A stretch of DNA of 64,000 nt from Candidatus Pacebacteria bacterium GW2011_GWA1_46_10. GTDB lineage: Bacteria > Patescibacteriota > Microgenomatia > UBA1400 > PJMF01. This document shows, piece by piece, positions 1 through 9,100 of this stretch. Location of the stretch: NCBI GenBank assembly GCA_001002135.1, contig LCLP01000001.1:8417-72416 (forward strand), written 5' to 3'. The translations under genes and the position numbers were made by a program. Each line of letters starts with the position of its first letter. Position 1 is the first letter of the stretch. Under the pieces are notes generated by a model. It saw nothing but the letters and a program-made list of their open reading frames with translations. It made no database searches and had not been told where the DNA came from.

Positions 1-82
1 AAAAAGGATTGATGATAAGGTAAAAATTGTTAAGAAAATTGCCAAAAAGTCACGAAAAAATAAAGCACTTTTCTACGCCGGT

Positions 83-1849
83 TTGGCGACGATGGCCCTG
101 GGTGGAATAGTACTTTTCCTCTGGGGAATATTTGCTGTCACTACTGTTTTTGCTCGCAAAGAAATCAGCGCTTTTTTGGCCGACGGATTGACAGTGGAGC
201 AGGTCTACCACTCTGGTCCTTGGTCTCAACTCCTCCAGTTTCAGGTTGGCTATTATCAGCGTTTGGTTGGGCCAGAGATACTGAGTGAAGGAGGAGAATT
301 GGCCGAGTTTGAACAAACGCTCTTGGGATTACAACAGGAAATGAAACGCCTCGATTTTCTGTCGGAGCAGTATTTTTTGGGAATCTTGGGACAAGGGGAG
401 ACTTCAGCTGAGTTTCCGCCAGAGCTGGCAGCTCAACTGGTGATTACCCAGCGTCGTTTGAGTGAAATGATTTTGGCGGTTGAGTCGTTAGGGCAATTCC
501 AAGTGAAAGAATCAGAGCGCTGGTTAACAGCCCTAAAGGATGAGCAACAACAGCTGGCGATTTTAACGCAGTTTCCAGAGGTATTTACCGGAGTTTTTGG
601 GGGTGGTGGGAAGAAAATATATGCTGTGTTGCTGGAAAATAACCTGGAACTGCGTCCGAGCGGCGGCTTTATTCAGGCGGTGGCTTTTCTGACCTTTGAC
701 CGTGGTTTGCTGACAGACAGTCAAGTGGTGAATGTGTACGACCTTGATAACCGTTTGCCTGGGGCAGTACAGGCTCCGGCTGAAATTCAGCGCTACTTAG
801 GTGAGTCGAATTGGTACTTGAGAGACAGCAACTGGAATCCGGACTTTAAATTGGCAGCCCAGCAAGCTGCTTGGTTTATTCAACAGGCGACTGGCGTGCG
901 GGTAGATGGGGTGTGGGCGCTCAATTACCAGGCTTTGCAAGTGATGCTGGCGGCGCTAGGGCCGATGGAGTTACCAGTCTATGACGAGGTATTAACAAGC
1001 GACAACGTACTGGAGAGGGTAGAGTTCCACTCTGATGACGAACTAGTTGGTGCTGGTCAGCCGAAAAAAGAGTATGCAGTCGCGGTTTTTTCTCAGCTGT
1101 TGCGTCAGCTTCAGGTCATTCCTTTTGAAAAAGCCGGTCAAGTGCTCACCGCTTTGGCTGAGGGTTTAGAAAATAAGCAGATTTTATTGAGTTTTGCCGC
1201 CACAGATCTCCAGGAAGCGATGAGAAAACTGGAGTGGAGTGGAGAGGTTATTAATCCGGTTTGTCCTACCCAGTTTTCACCACTAACTTGTCTGGTTGAC
1301 CAAGTTTTTCAAGTCGAAGCGAATATTAGCCTGAATCGAGTGAATGCCTACGTTCGCCGCGAAGTACGCCACGACATTGATTTGGGTGGTGAAAAAGTGA
1401 CTCACACTCGTACCATCACCCTGAAAAATAACGCACCCTCTCAGGGCTGGCCATTGGGAACATACAAGGCATATTTTCGCTTTGTACTTGACGAGGAGGC
1501 CCAGCCAACCGGCGCGGCCGTTAACGGCAAAAAGCTGGCTGGAGAAAGTCTGGCTGTGTACTCAGAAAGAGGACGTAAAGTGGTCGGAGTGCCGGTGGCA
1601 GTGCCGCCGCAGGGGACAGCTACTTTGGAGTTGTCATATGTGACTGAGACGGTTCCCGTCGGCCCATTCTCTTACTTACTGTTTGATCAGAAGCAGGCGG
1701 GGGTAGCCAATACCCCTATTACTATTACCTTTTACAACCCTGATCACGAACCAACGTTAATTGCGCCAACAGCCAAGGTTTATGATAATTCGCTGGAGTT
1801 TTCACTTACCCAGACAGACCATCTTTTTGTCGGCGCTAGTTTCCAATAA
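83..1849 (+). CDS. N-terminally membrane-anchored hypothetical protein (DUF4012-like). The reading frame is open back to nt 2, so the gene may begin upstream of the window.
   Basis: 588-aa ORF with an N-terminal TM segment (IVLFLWGIFAVTTVF). The motif LLENNLELRPSGGFIQAVAFL resembles, from memory, the DUF4012 'NNAELRPtGG' core. The ORF track used a TTG start; an ATG lies at 92. Confidence 0.5.
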   Translation: MATMALGGIVLFLWGIFAVTTVFARKEISAFLADGLTVEQVYHSGPWSQLLQFQVGYYQRLVGPEILSEGGELAEFEQTLLGLQQEMKRLDFLSEQYFLGILGQGETSAEFPPELAAQLVITQRRLSEMILAVESLGQFQVKESERWLTALKDEQQQLAILTQFPEVFTGVFGGGGKKIYAVLLENNLELRPSGGFIQAVAFLTFDRGLLTDSQVVNVYDLDNRLPGAVQAPAEIQRYLGESNWYLRDSNWNPDFKLAAQQAAWFIQQATGVRVDGVWALNYQALQVMLAALGPMELPVYDEVLTSDNVLERVEFHSDDELVGAGQPKKEYAVAVFSQLLRQLQVIPFEKAGQVLTALAEGLENKQILLSFAATDLQEAMRKLEWSGEVINPVCPTQFSPLTCLVDQVFQVEANISLNRVNAYVRREVRHDIDLGGEKVTHTRTITLKNNAPSQGWPLGTYKAYFRFVLDEEAQPTGAAVNGKKLAGESLAVYSERGRKVVGVPVAVPPQGTATLELSYVTETVPVGPFSYLLFDQKQAGVANTPITITFYNPDHEPTLIAPTAKVYDNSLEFSLTQTDHLFVGASFQ

Positions 1850-2114
1850 AAAATTTTGGCGTTCTCAGTTAACCATAAATTTCATGATTTTTTCATTTTG
1901 GCGTGAGACACTGAAAGGTTTTCACGTGAGCCTAGGAAGATTTTGGGATATTTGGCTTAAAAAGCGTATTCACCAGTCCATTTTTGATATTTTTACTGAC
2001 AGTTGCCAATTCTTAATTTGATACTAAAAGATTCACTTATCAAAATCGTTGATTTGACCAGACTTTTTCGTGTTAGAATAGGCGCTCGAGTTGATGAGTT
2101 GAAGAAAACGAACG

Positions 2115-2840
2115 ATGACACAAACTACTTTTAAAGTCGAAAAACGAGCCGCTGAAAAACCAAAACATCTGCGCCGACAAGGTCTTGTGCCTGGTAATAT
2201 TTTTGGCAAAGATGGCTCGATTGCCGTACAGATGCCGGCTCGTGAGTTTGACGATCTCTATCAAGAGGTTGGCGAAACAGGGCTGATTTATTTGGCAGTA
2301 GCAGGCAGTCAAAAGCAACACCCAGTATTGGTCGATGAAGTGCAGACTGACCCGGTTGATGGTCACTATGTCCACGTGGCCTTCAAACAAGTGGCTTTAA
2401 CCGATAAGATCACGGCCGAGGTGCCGGTGGAGGTGATGGGCAAGTTTGAAGTACCAGAGGCGGTGATGGTAGTGGTCAAAGATGAGATTGAGGTTGAGGC
2501 TTTACCAACCGACTTGCCGGAAAAATTCGAGGTGGACGTCTCAACCCTCACGGCAATTGGTCAAATGATTACCTATAAAGATCTTCACTATGATCGCAGC
2601 AAAGTTGCCCTTATTTTGGGAGAAGAGGGTGAGGAGGAGCCAGTGGTGCTGGTTCAAGAACAGCGCGAGGAAGAACCGGAGGAACTCCCGCCCGCTCCGC
2701 CAGCGGAGGGCGAAGAGGGCGTGGCGCCAGAGGGCGAACAGCCGGCTGAAGGTGAAGGCAAATCTGAAGAAAAACAGTCCGCTGAGGGCAAAGCGCCGGA
2801 GTCGGCGAAAGCAGCTGCTGAAAAGCCAGCCGAAAAATAA
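2115..2840 (+). CDS. rplY: 50S ribosomal protein L25 / general stress protein Ctc form, with an acidic Glu/Pro/Ala-rich C-terminal tail
   Basis: N-terminal 'TFKVEKRAAEKPKHLRRQGLVPGNIFGK...' is typical of L25/Ctc. The two-domain length (241 aa) fits the Ctc form. Low-complexity EGE/PAE tail. Confidence 0.85.
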   Translation: MTQTTFKVEKRAAEKPKHLRRQGLVPGNIFGKDGSIAVQMPAREFDDLYQEVGETGLIYLAVAGSQKQHPVLVDEVQTDPVDGHYVHVAFKQVALTDKITAEVPVEVMGKFEVPEAVMVVVKDEIEVEALPTDLPEKFEVDVSTLTAIGQMITYKDLHYDRSKVALILGEEGEEEPVVLVQEQREEEPEELPPAPPAEGEEGVAPEGEQPAEGEGKSEEKQSAEGKAPESAKAAAEKPAEK

Positions 2841-3278
2841 TTATTTCAGGAAAAAATCTCTGTTTGGATCGATGTAAAGGGCTAAATTTAAGTATTGGCT
2901 TGCCTTTTCATATTCTTGATTAGCTTGTGCCAGGATGGCTAGGTTGAGGTATTCGGCTTGGGAATGAAAATCATGGCTTTGACTGGTTTGGAGATATTCT
3001 TGGACAGTGAGCGGTAACTTAGTTGTTTCGATCGTCACCGGTACCGGAGCAACTTCATCACTGGCGGAGAGGTTGAGCGGTAGCTTTGGAGTGGGTTGAG
3101 GCTGGGGATTTGGCAGCAGCTGCCACCACGCACTCAGAGCAAGAATAATCAAGGTAAGGACAATGTTGATGAAAGTTATTCTCTTTAACCCTAAGGAGAA
3201 AATGGTGGCGTGAGAAAGAGTGTGGAGGTAGGTAGTAATAAGACGCAGTAAAAAGAAGGGGAATCGAAGCCGCCACAT
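2841..3278 (-). CDS. hypothetical small membrane protein with a TPR-like C-terminal repeat (start uncertain; overlaps the valS stop)
   Basis: ORF with a TM segment (INIVLTLIILALSAWW) and a 'YLNLAILAQANQEYEKASQYLNLALYIDPN' TPR-like repeat. No homology anchor. Confidence 0.25.
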   Translation of the reverse strand: MWRLRFPFFLLRLITTYLHTLSHATIFSLGLKRITFINIVLTLIILALSAWWQLLPNPQPQPTPKLPLNLSASDEVAPVPVTIETTKLPLTVQEYLQTSQSHDFHSQAEYLNLAILAQANQEYEKASQYLNLALYIDPNRDFFLK

Positions 3279-3285
3279 AACAGCT

Positions 3286-5640
3286 TTATTGTGCCAAAGA
3301 ATCGGTCGGCCAGGAAGCACCGATTAATGTTGGTTCGACAGTAAGATCGTGTTGACGTAGTACTTGCCAAACGGCTTCAGTGACAAAGGGCACGAACGGG
3401 TGCATTAACTTTAAAAATACTCTGAGACCGGTGAGTAGTTGCTGACCGCCCAGTTTATTGGCCTTACCAAGCTCGATGCACTCATCGCAGTACCAGTGCC
3501 AAAACTGGTTGTAAACGGTGTCTGCTGCTAAACCGATTTGAAATTGATTGAGGTTTTGAGTGATAGTTTGAATGGTTTGGGACAGCTTTTTTGCAAATTG
3601 TTGATTGAGTTTTTTTTCACCGGTTTGGTTTTTATCCAGATGTCCTAGGATAAAGCGGCTGGCGTTCCAGATTTTATTCGTTAAGTTGCGGCCGGCGCGA
3701 AAATCTTGTTCACCGACCGCTTTGTCTAAACCCGCGGTCGAACGAATCACCAGTGCCATTCTCAGCGCGTCAGCACCGTATTTTTCGGCTACAGTCAGGG
3801 GGTTGACCACATTACCCTTACTCTTACTCATTTTCTGTCCCTTGGCGTCTCTGATCAGTCCGTGCAGATAAATGTCGGTAAAGGGTAATTGACCGGTGGC
3901 ATATTGCCCCATAAAAAGCATGCGCATGACCCAGAAAACCAAAATGTCATAGGCGGTTTCCATTACTTGGGTGGGATAGAAGCGTTTAAAGTCTTCCTTT
4001 GACAGACTTTTCAGCGTCGTGAACGGCCATTGGGATGAGCTGAACCAAGTATCAAGCGTGTCGGTTTCTTGAAGATACTCCGCGCCAGGGGAGTCGGTTG
4101 AAAGAACATACTCGGCTTTCAGGGGTGCACGCAGCTCTTGCAAGCCTTGATTAATTGTTTTGATTGAGTGGGTTTTAAGGAGTTCACTGATCTGACCGCT
4201 GGTTTTTTGACCAGCTTGGTTAAGAAAAGTGACCAGGAGATCGGGGTTTGTTTTCGTTGAGTACCACGCCGGCATGCGAATGCCCCAAACGATTTGGCGA
4301 GAGATGTTCCAGTCATTGAGATTTTTCAGCCAGTGTTTAAGGGTTTTATCGTAACCAGCCCCATATACTCGGAATTTTTTGTTTTTCAAATTTTGTAAAA
4401 CCGGTTCAACCAATGGTTTTACCTTGATGAAAAACTGAGGCAAGGGGAGTGGCTCGATGGGATTTTGGCAACGATAACAAACAGCGATGGTATTGGTGTA
4501 GTTGGGGTTGTAGTCGACCAACAGACCATCTTTCATCAAGTCCTCCCTCATTTCCTCGTGCATCTGTTTGACTTTGAGGCCATGATATTTTTGCGCCCGT
4601 TGCCAGTATTTGGTCTTGAGTGCTTTGGCTTGACTACTCAAGTTTTTATTGACGGGGTTTTCTGGATCATTAGCCGGATCGTTCAGAAACCATGAAAAAT
4701 CCATTCTACCCTGGAGTGTGATAATCGGAGTGACTGGTAAGTGATGTTTTTTACCGAGTTCAAAATCATGTGGATCATGAGCTGGCGTGACCTTCATGAT
4801 GCCGGTGCCAAACTCCGGGTCCACGTGTTCATCGGCGATGACTGTCATTTTGGTTGGGCCGAGTAAACCCAGTACCTCGAGGGTCTGACCGATGTGTTTT
4901 TTATATCGCTTGTCCTTGGGATTAACAGCTAACGCTGTATCACGGAACTTAGTTTCTGGGCGGGCAGTGGCAATGACAAATGGGCCATATTTGATTTTGT
5001 AAAAACCAGCCGGCCGTTGTTCGTGTTCCACCTCAAGGTTGGAAAAGGCGGTCCCACAGTGAGTACAATAGTTAACGAGCTGTTCGTCTCGATAGAGCAG
5101 ACCGTCTTGGTGGAGTTTGAGGAGTGTTTTAAGGGCTTCGTCAACCGCTTTTTTATCAAGGGTAAAAACAAATCGTGACCAGTCGGCGCTCGCCCCCAGT
5201 TTTTTCATTTGATCCAGCGCTACGCCGGAGTTTTCCTGCACATAGTCCCCAATCATTTGATAGAGGGTTTCTCGGTCAAAATCAAAGCGGCTCTTCCCCT
5301 CCTTTTTGAGTTTCTTTTCAAACACAAACTGCGTTTCAATACCGGCATGATCAGTGCCGGGCAGCCACAGCGCATCGTCGCCCAGCATCCGGTGAAAGCG
5401 AATCAAGATGTCTTCGATGGTTACAAACATGGCGTGACCCACGTGGAGTGGGTCATTGGCATTGGGTGGGGGCATGATGATCGTGAATGGTTTTTGCCCC
5501 TTTCCTCGAGTTTTAGCGGGGGCGAAGGCGCCGCTTTTTGCCCAAAGTTGGTAGATTTTAGCTTCGGTTTGGCTGTGATCGTAACGTGAATCCATACGCC
5601 AAATTGTATCACGCTCCCTCTGGAAAGATGCAAAAAGCAT
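3286..5640 (-). CDS. valS: valine--tRNA ligase (class I aminoacyl-tRNA synthetase)
   Basis: HIGH-type motif 'PPPNANDPLHVGHA' and KMSKS motif 'KMSKSKGNVV'. Overall ValRS-like layout. 784 aa, which is shortish. Confidence 0.85.
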   Translation of the reverse strand: MLFASFQRERDTIWRMDSRYDHSQTEAKIYQLWAKSGAFAPAKTRGKGQKPFTIIMPPPNANDPLHVGHAMFVTIEDILIRFHRMLGDDALWLPGTDHAGIETQFVFEKKLKKEGKSRFDFDRETLYQMIGDYVQENSGVALDQMKKLGASADWSRFVFTLDKKAVDEALKTLLKLHQDGLLYRDEQLVNYCTHCGTAFSNLEVEHEQRPAGFYKIKYGPFVIATARPETKFRDTALAVNPKDKRYKKHIGQTLEVLGLLGPTKMTVIADEHVDPEFGTGIMKVTPAHDPHDFELGKKHHLPVTPIITLQGRMDFSWFLNDPANDPENPVNKNLSSQAKALKTKYWQRAQKYHGLKVKQMHEEMREDLMKDGLLVDYNPNYTNTIAVCYRCQNPIEPLPLPQFFIKVKPLVEPVLQNLKNKKFRVYGAGYDKTLKHWLKNLNDWNISRQIVWGIRMPAWYSTKTNPDLLVTFLNQAGQKTSGQISELLKTHSIKTINQGLQELRAPLKAEYVLSTDSPGAEYLQETDTLDTWFSSSQWPFTTLKSLSKEDFKRFYPTQVMETAYDILVFWVMRMLFMGQYATGQLPFTDIYLHGLIRDAKGQKMSKSKGNVVNPLTVAEKYGADALRMALVIRSTAGLDKAVGEQDFRAGRNLTNKIWNASRFILGHLDKNQTGEKKLNQQFAKKLSQTIQTITQNLNQFQIGLAADTVYNQFWHWYCDECIELGKANKLGGQQLLTGLRVFLKLMHPFVPFVTEAVWQVLRQHDLTVEPTLIGASWPTDSLAQ

Positions 5641-5678
5641 GATTCTGGTCAGTAATTTCGACTTACTATTCTCAGTAT

Positions 5679-6380
5679 ATGAAAGCTATTCCGACTCACA
5701 TTGCCATCATTATGGACGGGAATCGCCGTTGGGCTCGTCGCCATGGTTTGAAAACGGTCCTTGGCCATCGGTATATGGTGGAGAAAGGGCTCAAGCGGGT
5801 AGTGCGGACAGCCAAAGCATTAGGGGTGAAGTACTTAACACTCTGGGCTTTGAGTACCGAAAATTGGGATCGTGATCCAGCGGAAATTCGTTACTTGATG
5901 AAGCTTTTCCGCGAACTCTTTACTTCTCAGGCGAAAGCGCTCCACCAAGAAAACGTCAAGTTGCGAACCATCGGTGACCTGTCGCGCTTTGACAAGGATA
6001 TTCGAGAGAATGTTAAAAAATGGGTTGATTTATCAAGAAAAAACAATGGAATTACAGTCACGCTGGCTCTCAACTACGGTGGCCGAGATGAAATGCTGCG
6101 CGCTATTCAGGCGTATGGCTCGGACGTGAAAAGCGGTAAGCTCAACGGCCACGCGCTGACGCAAAAACAGTTTGCCGCTTACTTGGATACTGCTGACTTG
6201 CCCGATCCAGATTTGATTATTCGTTCTGGCGGTGAGCAGCGCTTATCGGGCTTTTTGCTTTGGCAGAGTAATTATGCTGAGCTCTATTTTACAAAGACCT
6301 TAATGCCGGATTTTGACGCGGCGGCTTTGCGTAGAGCGGTCAGTGAGTTTGGTCGTCGCCAACGGCGATTTGGGAGGTAA
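5679..6380 (+). CDS. uppS: undecaprenyl (isoprenyl) diphosphate synthase, cis-prenyltransferase
   Basis: Signature 'HIAIIMDGNRRWARRHG', plus 'LTLWALSTENW' and a C-terminal 'RRFG'. Confidence 0.9.
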   Translation: MKAIPTHIAIIMDGNRRWARRHGLKTVLGHRYMVEKGLKRVVRTAKALGVKYLTLWALSTENWDRDPAEIRYLMKLFRELFTSQAKALHQENVKLRTIGDLSRFDKDIRENVKKWVDLSRKNNGITVTLALNYGGRDEMLRAIQAYGSDVKSGKLNGHALTQKQFAAYLDTADLPDPDLIIRSGGEQRLSGFLLWQSNYAELYFTKTLMPDFDAAALRRAVSEFGRRQRRFGR

Positions 6381-6410
6381 CTATTTTTCTAGTTATTGAA
6401 ACCGAAATAG

Positions 6411-6830
6411 TTAGATACCAGTTGATTCAGAGGAAGGAATTTTAAACTCTAAAATCGTCCTCACCCCAGTAAAATCAGCAATGAGATTGAGAATGATGAA
6501 CGCTGAGACCGCTACCACCAAGCCGATGATGGCGTAGGTAACTGAGTTTCTGCCTTTTTCCACCTGCTTGGTGTCGCCGCCGGAAACCAGTAATCGGAAA
6601 CTAGCGACGATCAACATGATAAAAGCAGTCACCCCAACCAAGGTGAGAAAAATCGACAGCACGTTGGCCAGCAAGCACTGTAAACCCTGGATAGTAGCCA
6701 CGGTTTCGTCAGTGGGACTAACACAGACCCCGCTCCATGGACTGGTTTGAGCAAAAACCGGAGAGACACTAGCGAGTTGGAGGCCGAGGAAAAAGAAAAC
6801 GATGGAGATGGTTTTACTCAGCAGTTTCAT
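6411..6830 (-). CDS. TrbC/VirB2-like T4SS pilin family protein, paralog 1 of 7
   Basis: Signal-peptide-like N-terminus, two TM helices flanking a conserved loop 'VSGGDTKQVEKGRNSVTYAIIGLVV'. Topology and size match conjugative pilins. Confidence 0.5.
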   Translation of the reverse strand: MKLLSKTISIVFFFLGLQLASVSPVFAQTSPWSGVCVSPTDETVATIQGLQCLLANVLSIFLTLVGVTAFIMLIVASFRLLVSGGDTKQVEKGRNSVTYAIIGLVVAVSAFIILNLIADFTGVRTILEFKIPSSESTGI

Positions 6831-6880
6831 GGCGTTGATTATACATAATCACTTATCTTTCATAAAAACTTCCTTTAACA

Positions 6881-6911
6881 AAAACCCCCGCCGGAAAAGA
6901 CGGGGGTTTTT
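6881..6911. terminator. bidirectional rho-independent terminator between pilin paralogs 1 and 2
   Basis: CCCCCG-(10 nt loop)-CGGGGG hairpin followed by TTTTT on the plus strand. The complement also forms a hairpin followed by a T-run, downstream of the minus-strand gene 6928..7329. Confidence 0.65.
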
Positions 6912-6927
6912 CGAGTTCCAGTTTTTT

Positions 6928-7329
6928 TTACCCATCGATGGTCCGAGTGTTAAACACTTCGTTCAAACCGCCGGAGAAGCCGAGGAAGTTCAACGCCAAA
7001 GTAAGGATGGCGTACGAAGCAGCGACGACGATCAGACCAATTACGGCCGAAGTAATTTTATTGCGTGCGCTCTCGGTTTTACCCTTATCTCCACCACTAG
7101 TGATCCATTCAATACCACCCCAGATGAGGTAAAGGAAAACTAATAAGGCGGCAATCACCATCACAAAACTTAAAACGCCATTGATGAGCTTCCCAAAGTC
7201 GGTGGCAAAACCTTGGCCGGGATCAACCGGTGTGTCAGTGATGCTTTCTGCGGCGACTGGCAGCGCGGCGGCCGCGAAACTGGCTACTGAAACGCTGGCT
7301 GAGAGGGCCAGTTTTTGCAGTTTATTCAT
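6928..7329 (-). CDS. TrbC/VirB2-like T4SS pilin family protein, paralog 2
   Basis: Signal peptide, then 'WITSGGDKGKTESARNKITSAVIGLIVVAASYAI' between two TM helices. Confidence 0.5.
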   Translation of the reverse strand: MNKLQKLALSASVSVASFAAAALPVAAESITDTPVDPGQGFATDFGKLINGVLSFVMVIAALLVFLYLIWGGIEWITSGGDKGKTESARNKITSAVIGLIVVAASYAILTLALNFLGFSGGLNEVFNTRTIDG

Positions 7330-7427
7330 AGTTCTCCTTTGTTACTTTTTGTTTCTTACTAACCTTAAGCTCGTATTATATCCATGTTTTGTTTTAAACG
7401 TCAAAAGCTTTCTGAGAGCAGTCTGTT

Positions 7428-7751
7428 TTAACAGCCACCGCCGAAGCTGAGAACACAAATATCCAATAGCTGTTGAATAATCATAAAGATAGCGGTTGAG
7501 GCAGCTAAAACAATCAGACCAGTGACGGCATTCATGATTTTGTTGCGCGCCCCCTCCACCTTGCTTTTATCACCCCCACTGGTGATCCACTCCACTGCTC
7601 CCCAGATAAGGTACAGCAAGACGAGTAGGGCGGCGATGGCCATCACGGCGCTCATCAGACCGCCCAGAAAAGAGCCAAAGTCACCGCCTGATCCTGGCAG
7701 ATCGGCTTGTTGCCCCGCTTCTTTTAGATCGATAGTAGTTGGTTCTGGCAT
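7428..7751 (-). CDS. TrbC/VirB2-like T4SS pilin family protein, paralog 3 (internal start chosen; the ORF is open to 7832)
   Basis: 'WITSGGDKSKVEGARNKIMNAVTGLIVLAAS' core. The longer ORF would overlap paralog 4 by 68 nt, so the Met at 7751 is preferred. Confidence 0.45.
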   Translation of the reverse strand: MPEPTTIDLKEAGQQADLPGSGGDFGSFLGGLMSAVMAIAALLVLLYLIWGAVEWITSGGDKSKVEGARNKIMNAVTGLIVLAASTAIFMIIQQLLDICVLSFGGGC

Positions 7752-7764
7752 ATGAGTGTAATTT

Positions 7765-8187
7765 TTATTCTGGCAATACGTCTGGTCTGGGTATGTCCAG
7801 GATACTAAAACTTTCTCCAAACAGTAAATCACTCAGGAAGTTAAGAATGACGAAAGTACCAACTAAGACAATTAAACCGATGACAGCTTGAGTGATCCGG
7901 TTGCGGGCATTTTCTAATTTTCCCTTGTCCCCGCCACTGACGATCCACTCGATTGCTCCCCAAATGAAAAGCACGATGGTAGCGATCGCGCCGATGGCCA
8001 GCATAGCCTTCCAGAGACCGACAAAGTAGTTGGCAAAGGCAGTACCTTCGTTAGCCAGTTCTGGGTCGGTGAGCTCTCCTTGCAATACTGGGTTTTTGAG
8101 CTGCGCCAGCGCTGTGCTGGTAGAGAAAAGCAAGAGCGAGAGGGTGGTTGAGGCGATGGTGGTAAGTTGGCGCAGCGATTTTTTCAT
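7765..8187 (-). CDS. TrbC/VirB2-like T4SS pilin family protein, paralog 4
   Basis: Signal peptide (ASTTLSLLLFSTSTALAQ) and 'WIVSGGDKGKLENARNRITQAVIGLIVLVGT' core. Confidence 0.5.
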   Translation of the reverse strand: MKKSLRQLTTIASTTLSLLLFSTSTALAQLKNPVLQGELTDPELANEGTAFANYFVGLWKAMLAIGAIATIVLFIWGAIEWIVSGGDKGKLENARNRITQAVIGLIVLVGTFVILNFLSDLLFGESFSILDIPRPDVLPE

Positions 8188-8194
8188 TCGATGA

Positions 8195-8605
8195 TTAAGT
8201 ACCCGGACTGAGGGGAGTGACTAGGTTTCTAATCTGGCCTGCTGGGTTGAGAAAGTCTAAGCCGATGATACCGCTCAGCAAACCAAGCAAACTGTATGAG
8301 GCGACGATGATAACCATGCCTAAAACGCCGTAGAGCATCCGGTTGCGGGCTTTCTCCAACTTACCTTTATCCCCACCACTAGTGATCCACTCGAAAGCGC
8401 CAAGAACGAAATAGACCACGAAAAAGAGTGAGGCCAACACGGTCATAAAGCCGATGAGATTGGAGATGAAGCTCTCTAAGTTTTCCAGCGCCGCCTCGCC
8501 AGTTTCGTCAGTACCCGATCTTTCACTAAAAGCGCTGGTGGGTGGGTCGAAGGTGCCAATATTGGTTGGTTGTTGAGCGATAAGAGAAAAAATATTGAGC
8601 ATCAC
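8195..8605 (-). CDS. TrbC/VirB2-like T4SS pilin family protein, paralog 5
   Basis: 'WITSGGDKGKLEKARNRMLYGVLGMVIIVAS' core between two TM helices. Confidence 0.5.
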   Translation of the reverse strand: MMLNIFSLIAQQPTNIGTFDPPTSAFSERSGTDETGEAALENLESFISNLIGFMTVLASLFFVVYFVLGAFEWITSGGDKGKLEKARNRMLYGVLGMVIIVASYSLLGLLSGIIGLDFLNPAGQIRNLVTPLSPGT

Positions 8606-9072
8606 CCACCCCCTATTACGGTAAAGCTGGGACTTAAAATGTACGTGGCGTCACCAAAAACCACTAGGCCGACGATCGCGGCCAGCGTATATGCTCCGAC
8701 GATCAAGGCAATGCCGACTAAACTGTAGGTCATTTTTTGAGAAGCTTCAGCGTGAGACTTGGCGTCACCAGTGGCGGTGATATATGTCCAACCAGCCAGA
8801 ATAAAATTGACCATCACCCACACCCCGGCGACAATCGTGCCAATCTTGATGATGTTGGAGAGAAACAAAATGAGGCCAATTTGTTCGCCGCTAGCGGCGT
8901 CGTATTTCTCTACTCCGGCGGGAGGACTGATGGTGCCAAAGATCTCATCAGTCTCACTACTTCCTTGGAGCCCCCCGCTGGCTCCACCCGGTTGGGCGAT
9001 CACGGCTTGAGCTTGGGCGGGGAAGATCGTGAAAAAGCAAACAGTCAGTGCCAGCGCAAAAAGTTTTTTCAT
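8602..9072 (-). CDS. divergent pilin-like two-TM protein, paralog 6
   Basis: Signal peptide (FFTIFPAQAQA), TM, 'ITATGDAKSHAEASQKMTYSLVGIALIVGAY', second TM. Same architecture with a weaker motif. 4-nt overlap with paralog 5. Confidence 0.4.
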   Translation of the reverse strand: MKKLFALALTVCFFTIFPAQAQAVIAQPGGASGGLQGSSETDEIFGTISPPAGVEKYDAASGEQIGLILFLSNIIKIGTIVAGVWVMVNFILAGWTYITATGDAKSHAEASQKMTYSLVGIALIVGAYTLAAIVGLVVFGDATYILSPSFTVIGGG

Positions 9073-9100
9073 GTATTTTAAGATTGTAGTATAGGTTTTC

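Noticed and set aside
1761-2021. ORF 1761..2021 (+) overlapping the 3' end of the 83..1849 gene, and ORF 2073..2390 (-) antisense to rplY
   Set aside because: These are overlapping or antisense frames without start context. rplY and the DUF4012-like gene are much better supported.
3605-5633. Several 60-126 aa ORFs antisense or out of frame within valS (3605..3871, 4119..4316, 4465..4695, 4929..5171, 5209..5589, 5421..5633)
   Set aside because: They are embedded in a well-supported 784-aa ValRS reading frame and have no independent signals.
7752-7832. Upstream extension of pilin paralog 3 to the Met at 7832
   Set aside because: It would overlap paralog 4 by 68 nt and adds a non-homologous, non-signal-peptide N-terminus. 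The internal Met at 7751 is preferred, but this is unverified.
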